From an archaeon (lineage in GTDB: Archaea > Methanobacteriota_B > Thermococci > Methanofastidiosales > NM3), in assembly GCA_004212155.1 (NCBI GenBank), contig RXIG01000024.1, positions 25,133-89,132 on the forward strand: a stretch of DNA of 64,000 nucleotides, read 5' to 3'. Below, in pieces: positions 60,201 to 64,000 of this stretch (positions are counted from its first letter, which is position 1; each line of letters opens with the position of its first letter). The notes beneath the pieces were generated by a model that searched no databases, was not told where the DNA came from, and saw only the letters and a list, made by a program, of their open reading frames with translations. The translations under genes and the position numbers were made by a program.

Positions 60201-60451
60201 TCGGGACTCTCCTTCTCGATGACCTTCACGATGTAGTCCTTGGTGAGCGGGAGCAGATAGACCTCGTCGGCAAGGCGCGGATCGGTCTGGATCGTGGCGA
60301 TGTTGGGGTTGATAAGTATCGTGTGGATGCCCTCCTCCTTGAGGGCCTTGAGGGCCTGGCTGCCCGAATAGTCGAACTCGCCTGCCTGGCCGATGCGAAC
60401 GGCGCCGCTGCCAAGCACGAGCGTCTTCTTGATGGATGTGTCAAGCGGCAT
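57218..60451 (-). CDS. carB: Carbamoyl-phosphate synthase large subunit
   Basis: LGSGAVRIGQAGEFDYSG, two ATP-grasp halves, NCNPETVSTDYD; start placed at MPLDTSIKK. Confidence 0.95.
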   Translation of the reverse strand: MPLDTSIKKTLVLGSGAVRIGQAGEFDYSGSQALKALKEEGIHTILINPNIATIQTDPRLADEVYLLPLTKDYIVKVIEKESPDSVLLGFGGQTALNVGIALRDDGTFEKYGIRVLGTPVDSIQKTEDRELFKETMSRAGVNTLRSVPIRNLSDAKAVVRDTIGYPVMVRPAYTLGGKGSGVAYDDEGLERIVAKGISQSLIGQVLIEEYVGGWKEIEYEVVRDAEDNCICICNMENFDPMGVHTGDSIVVCPSQTLTDEEYHMLRTVSINAVREAGIVGECNIQYALDTASNEYRVIEINPRLSRSSALASKATGYPLAYIAAKISVGYSLIELINGVTEETTACFEPALDYITVKMPRWDLQKFPSVPDDLGSQMKSVGEVMAIGTCFEEALQKAVRMLDVGKKGIVTSFGRGMPVERLLAHCAMPTPQRLFYIVSALRAGASVDEVACASKVDPFFLHKIRSIVELYSQMKQLPSGGVSLPQPEFKALLDLAKKKGFSDMQIAEALDRGEPEVRSLRTRWGIVPRVRQIDTLAAEWPASTNYLYMTYGASSDDIGPAGDKGAIVLGSGVYRIGSSVEFDWCAVNMIWGLKDQGVEEVITINCNPETVSTDYDISDRLYFEELTAERVLDIYEREMPRGIVLGVGGQTSNNLSPALAKRGVKILGTAPQDIDRAEDRSKFSKLMDTLGIKQPQWIAATDVDEAISFAREVSLPVLVRPSYVLSGAAMKVADTEEELRTYISEAASVSREYPVVVSKFFDNAQEVEVDGVSNGKGTIIGFVLEHVDPAGVHSGDATVVTPATHLSTDFKARLREHSRRIATELRIRGTFNIQYLVVGNDIYVIECNSRSSRSMPFVSKVYGINIMEEAAKVALGSDTLIDDPPVSRDHIMKGVKFPKFSFVRLAGARPVTGVEMMSTGEVASIGEDFHDAFEKAMYSANPHMNKPSPHVVILCNHPSQRDLLQALARDLDAAEARLSTLPSSREIFDEAGVPVSVIDDKAAFDAAVIARDIDCVIDIPWFADPSAAHDPHFGIMAAGFDAFIITNSGMAKAFAETLKVRHGKPIMITPLQNYTNIV

Positions 60452-60453
60452 GG

Positions 60454-61581
60454 TCAGTCCCCCATGAGCGACAAGAACCTGTCGAAGAGGAAGTCGGTAT
60501 CGCGCGGCCCCGGATTGGCCTCGGGATGGAACTGCACGGCAAACGTGTTGAGGCGCGATGACGTGACGCCCTCGCAGCTCCCGTCGTTTGCGTTGGTCAT
60601 CCACAGCGAGAGGTCGGTGCCCTCGAGCGAGGCCGGGTCGACCACGTAGCCGTGATTCTGGCTCGTGATGTAACACCTGCTCGTGCCCAGCTCCCGGCAG
60701 GGCTGGTTCTGCGAGCGGTGGCCAAACTTGAGCTTGTACGTCTCGGCGCCCTGCGAGAGCGAGAGCAGCTGGATGCCCATGCAGATGCCGACGGTGGGGA
60801 TGTCGCGGTTGAGCGCGGCGTCGATCGTGTCGCATATCGTGTCGACGCGGTCGGGGTTGCCGGGTCCGTTGCTGACAAGGATGCCGTCGGGCTTGTACGT
60901 CTCGATGACGTCGATCGGCGTGTCGTAGCGGACGCGCACGACGCGCACGTTTCGCCGCAGGAGCGACTTGATGATGCCATACTTCGCACCGCAGTCGAGG
61001 AGCACGACCGTCGTGTCGCCCGCATCGTTGTAGACGGTGGTGACAGGGGTGCTCACCTCGCGAACAAGGTTCTTGTTGGTCGGGTCGTCCATCTTGGCGG
61101 CGCGGGTGCGCAGCCGTCCGATGTCGGGGAGGTCTCCCTCGCATCCGACGGCAAGCAGCGCGGGCATGACGCCGTGCGCACGGAGGCGCTTGGTCAGGTC
61201 GCGTGTGTCGATGCCCGAGATGGCCGGGACCTGCTCGTCGCAGAGCCACTGCGGAAGCGTCCTGTCGCACGACCAGTGGCTCGGGTGCTCGCACACCTCG
61301 TGGGCCACCATGGCGCGCGCCTTGATCGAGTCGGACTCGAAGAAGCGCGGAAGCCCCTCCGACCGGTCGTCAAACGACGCGACGCCGTAGTTGCCGATGA
61401 GGGGGTATGAGAACGTGAGGAACTGATTGTAGTAGGAGGGGTCGGTAAGCGACTCCGTATACCCCACCATCCCTGTGCAGAACACGGCCTCGCCCTCGTA
61501 GAGCCCATCAGGCCCGTGCCCCATGCCGTGGTACACGGTCCCGTCCTTGAGTACCAGTGCAGCGGTATGGTCAAAATTCAT
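60454..61581 (-). CDS. carA: Carbamoyl-phosphate synthase small subunit
   Basis: TGMVGYTESLTDPSY, SNGPGNP, GICMG, SQNHG and QFHPE. Confidence 0.95.
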   Translation of the reverse strand: MNFDHTAALVLKDGTVYHGMGHGPDGLYEGEAVFCTGMVGYTESLTDPSYYNQFLTFSYPLIGNYGVASFDDRSEGLPRFFESDSIKARAMVAHEVCEHPSHWSCDRTLPQWLCDEQVPAISGIDTRDLTKRLRAHGVMPALLAVGCEGDLPDIGRLRTRAAKMDDPTNKNLVREVSTPVTTVYNDAGDTTVVLLDCGAKYGIIKSLLRRNVRVVRVRYDTPIDVIETYKPDGILVSNGPGNPDRVDTICDTIDAALNRDIPTVGICMGIQLLSLSQGAETYKLKFGHRSQNQPCRELGTSRCYITSQNHGYVVDPASLEGTDLSLWMTNANDGSCEGVTSSRLNTFAVQFHPEANPGPRDTDFLFDRFLSLMGD

Positions 61582-61702
61582 GTGAATGTACCTGCTCATC
61601 TCTGTTTTTCGTGTTTTGAACACGACGTCCCATTTATATTTATCGTCAGGTACGGAACAGATGGTGACACAATCCGTCGTGGAGGAAACTCGCCCTTCTC
61701 GC

Positions 61703-62218
61703 TCAATACTTCCTCCACCGCATGCCGAGGGCATCGACGTGCTCGTCCTTGTCGAGGCTGTGGTCGTAGTTCTTTCGAAGCTGCACCATGTTGAGGTGGT
61801 CGAATCCGCATTCGCGATAGAATGAAAGCGCCCGCTCATTTCGGGGAATGACGTCGACGAAGACGGCCTTCTTTCCCTGCCGCGCCATCTCGTCGTCAAA
61901 GGCCGAGAGCGCTCGGCGCCCGACACCGCGGCCGCGGTGCTCCTCGTCAACGAAGAAGCCCTCGAGCCAGACAGCGTCGTGGCCGCCGAAACGCACGTGC
62001 AAAAACCCCGCGAGCCGCCCGTCGACAAGAACGGAGTATATCTTCCCCGACCGCACCCATCCGTCCAACGTCTCGGCGGCGGTCCCGTCGGTCTCCCAGT
62101 AGTCCTCTGAGGATCCTGTAAGGGCGCGGTGCATGTTGAAGAAATCGCGCACCATCGCGACCATATCCTGCCAGTGTGTCTTGTCCCAATCGGCTATCGA
62201 TACGTCCACGGAACACAT
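61703..62218 (-). CDS. GNAT acetyltransferase
   Basis: FVDEEHRGRGVG and NERALSFY..CGF. Confidence 0.8.
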   Translation of the reverse strand: MCSVDVSIADWDKTHWQDMVAMVRDFFNMHRALTGSSEDYWETDGTAAETLDGWVRSGKIYSVLVDGRLAGFLHVRFGGHDAVWLEGFFVDEEHRGRGVGRRALSAFDDEMARQGKKAVFVDVIPRNERALSFYRECGFDHLNMVQLRKNYDHSLDKDEHVDALGMRWRKY

Positions 62219-62304
62219 TGCGCACACAGCTATTTTTACTTATGGGTATGGGACCCTGGACGCAGGGAATCAAGTTTTTATATGCAAAAGTGGAACTGGC
62301 GGAC

Positions 62305-62601
62305 ATGGAACGAACGACCGCAGCACTGCTGGGGCTACTCGCGGTGGCCACCATCGTCTCCGTGGCCGCCTACCCCTCTCTTCCAGGGGAGATGGCGATG
62401 CACATCGACGTATCGGGGGATATGAGCAACTACCTCCCCACGCCCATCGCCCTTATCGTGTCCCCTCTTGTGATCGCAGGCATCCTCATCTACAACATGG
62501 CCGTGCCCCGGGACCAGAGGGGCCGTTCGGACATGGGGCTGCTCATGCTCGCTGGTGTGCTCTTCCTGGTGCATGTCGGGTTCATCTTCTTGAACGTATG
62601 A
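62305..62601 (+). CDS. Small membrane protein, DUF1648-like
   Basis: YPSLPGEMAMH..VSG motif between hydrophobic helices. Confidence 0.6.
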   Translation: MERTTAALLGLLAVATIVSVAAYPSLPGEMAMHIDVSGDMSNYLPTPIALIVSPLVIAGILIYNMAVPRDQRGRSDMGLLMLAGVLFLVHVGFIFLNV

Positions 62602-62604
62602 TGG

Positions 62605-64000
62605 TCACTGTTCGTAGGGGAGTGAGAATTCGAAGGTCGTGCCCTCTCCGGGCGTCGACGACACGCGTATGGAGCCGCCGTGCGCCTCGACGACCTTTTT
62701 TGCAATGGCAAGCCCGAACCCCGTGCTTCCCGTCGAGAACCCGATGTCGAATACACTGCCAATGTGCTCATCCGGGATGCCCTTTCCGTCGTCTGTGACA
62801 CAAAACACGCAGCTCTCGCCCCTGTCGTGCGCGGTGATGGAGACCTTGTCCGCGCCGCCGTGGCGTTGCGCGTTGTCAAGGAGGATGTTGAAAAGCTGTG
62901 AGATCTTCTGGGGCTCCCCCTTGATGTGCGGCAGCGTCTCGTGTTCGATGGCCATGTCGTACTGTTTGGAGACCGATTCCACCACTCTGTTGAGGTCGAT
63001 CTCTGCGGGTTCGCCTATGAGCAGGCCCGCGTCGGCAAGCTGCAGATGCGTCGTGATGTAGGAACGCATCTTGTCGGCACGTTCGTTGATGCTGTCGAGA
63101 TATGGGCTCGAGACGCCCTCCTCCCGGAGTATGTGGGCATATCCGTCGATGACGGTGATATGGCTTTTCATCTCGTGGGCGACGGTGTGTGCGAACGCCG
63201 AGAGCTCCTCCTTCTGGCGCTCGAGGCGCAGGAACGACTCCCTCTTTTCCGATGCGTCCCTGAAGACGAGCACCACGCCGTGCACTGCGCCGTCGTGGCC
63301 AAGTATGGGCGAGGCGCTGTCCTCGATGGGTGTTTTGCTGCCGTCGCGCGCTATGAGGATCGTGTGGTTCGCCAGGCCGACGACCGTCCCCTTGCGCAAT
63401 GCCCGCGCTGCGGGATTTTCCGACCGCCGCCCGGTGGCCTCGCTCACGATGTCAAACACGTCCTCGAGCGGCCGGCCGAACGCATCGTCGTTTTTCCACT
63501 TGGTAAGCGATGAGGCCACGGGATTCATGAAGACGACGCGCGCCTCGGTGTCGGTGACGATAACGGCATCGCCGATGCTTGTCAGCGTCGTGCGAAGCCA
63601 CTCCTCGCTTTGCTCGAGCTCATGGTGAAGACGTCGCTGCTCTGTCACGTCCTGCACGATCTCCACGACGCCGACGAGCGATCCGTTATGGTAGATGGGA
63701 TCGGCGCGCACGTGATGTATGAGGTCATCGCGCCGACGGACCTCCGCCTCCTGATGGGTGCCGGTCTCGATGCAGCGGAGTACGGGACAGGCGGGGCACG
63801 GCTCGTCTTTTCCGTACCTTACAGCATAACATCTGTTGCCCTTGAGCTCCTCGAGGGGGGCGCCAATGTCGGCGCACGCCGCACTGTTGGCCCAGCGGAT
63901 GCGGTGTTCCGGCGAATAAGATATGACCTGTTCGGTAAGGGCGTCAAGTATGCGGCGCTTCTCGTTCTCGGCGCGGTCCATCGCCGAGAGGAGCGTGTCC
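62605..64000 (-). CDS. PAS-domain sensor histidine kinase (probably 5'-truncated by window)
   Basis: Two PAS domains, H-box AHEMK, N-box LLDNA, DDGKGI and GFGLAI; frame stays open to the window edge. Confidence 0.88.
   Translation of the reverse strand, partial: DTLLSAMDRAENEKRRILDALTEQVISYSPEHRIRWANSAACADIGAPLEELKGNRCYAVRYGKDEPCPACPVLRCIETGTHQEAEVRRRDDLIHHVRADPIYHNGSLVGVVEIVQDVTEQRRLHHELEQSEEWLRTTLTSIGDAVIVTDTEARVVFMNPVASSLTKWKNDDAFGRPLEDVFDIVSEATGRRSENPAARALRKGTVVGLANHTILIARDGSKTPIEDSASPILGHDGAVHGVVLVFRDASEKRESFLRLERQKEELSAFAHTVAHEMKSHITVIDGYAHILREEGVSSPYLDSINERADKMRSYITTHLQLADAGLLIGEPAEIDLNRVVESVSKQYDMAIEHETLPHIKGEPQKISQLFNILLDNAQRHGGADKVSITAHDRGESCVFCVTDDGKGIPDEHIGSVFDIGFSTGSTGFGLAIAKKVVEAHGGSIRVSSTPGEGTTFEFSLPYEQ

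Noticed and set aside
57218-61294. 1358-aa ORF suggesting an N-terminally extended CarB or CarA-CarB fusion
   Set aside because: The extension is an off-frame read through carA giving Arg/Pro-rich sequence. CarB homology starts at 60451 and carA has its own stop at 60454-60456.
60454-62028. 524-aa CarA with long N-terminal extension
   Set aside because: The extension overlaps the GNAT gene in another frame; CarA motifs begin near 61581.

Overview
GC-rich archaeal chromosomal window with AT-rich intergenic promoter regions. Archaeal origin is supported by Orc1/Cdc6, a thermosome subunit, an archaeal-type SRP RNA and TATA-like promoters. Housekeeping content: tRNA-Gly(GCC), tdh-kbl, pyrC/pyrB/pyrI, carAB, cobA-hemD, transporters and GNATs. 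The window also carries genes from methanogen-associated families: an F420-reducing [NiFe] hydrogenase operon with an apparent FrhG-FrhB fusion, a fumarase-tfrAB-malic enzyme operon, and two methanogenesis marker 11 paralogues flanking mtxX, followed by a radical SAM gene. A ~10.5 kb minus-strand operon couples an APC permease, an FAD/CCG oxidoreductase pair and an aldehyde:ferredoxin oxidoreductase to a corrinoid protein, two MtaA-family methyltransferases and a corrinoid-methyltransferase fusion; it is the best candidate for an undescribed pathway. The mix of peptide-fermenter and methanogen-type genes is compatible with a Methanofastidiosia/Theionarchaea-like lineage, but this is inference. 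No mcr genes, CRISPR arrays or IS elements were seen. All family calls come from motifs recognised by eye; no searches were run.
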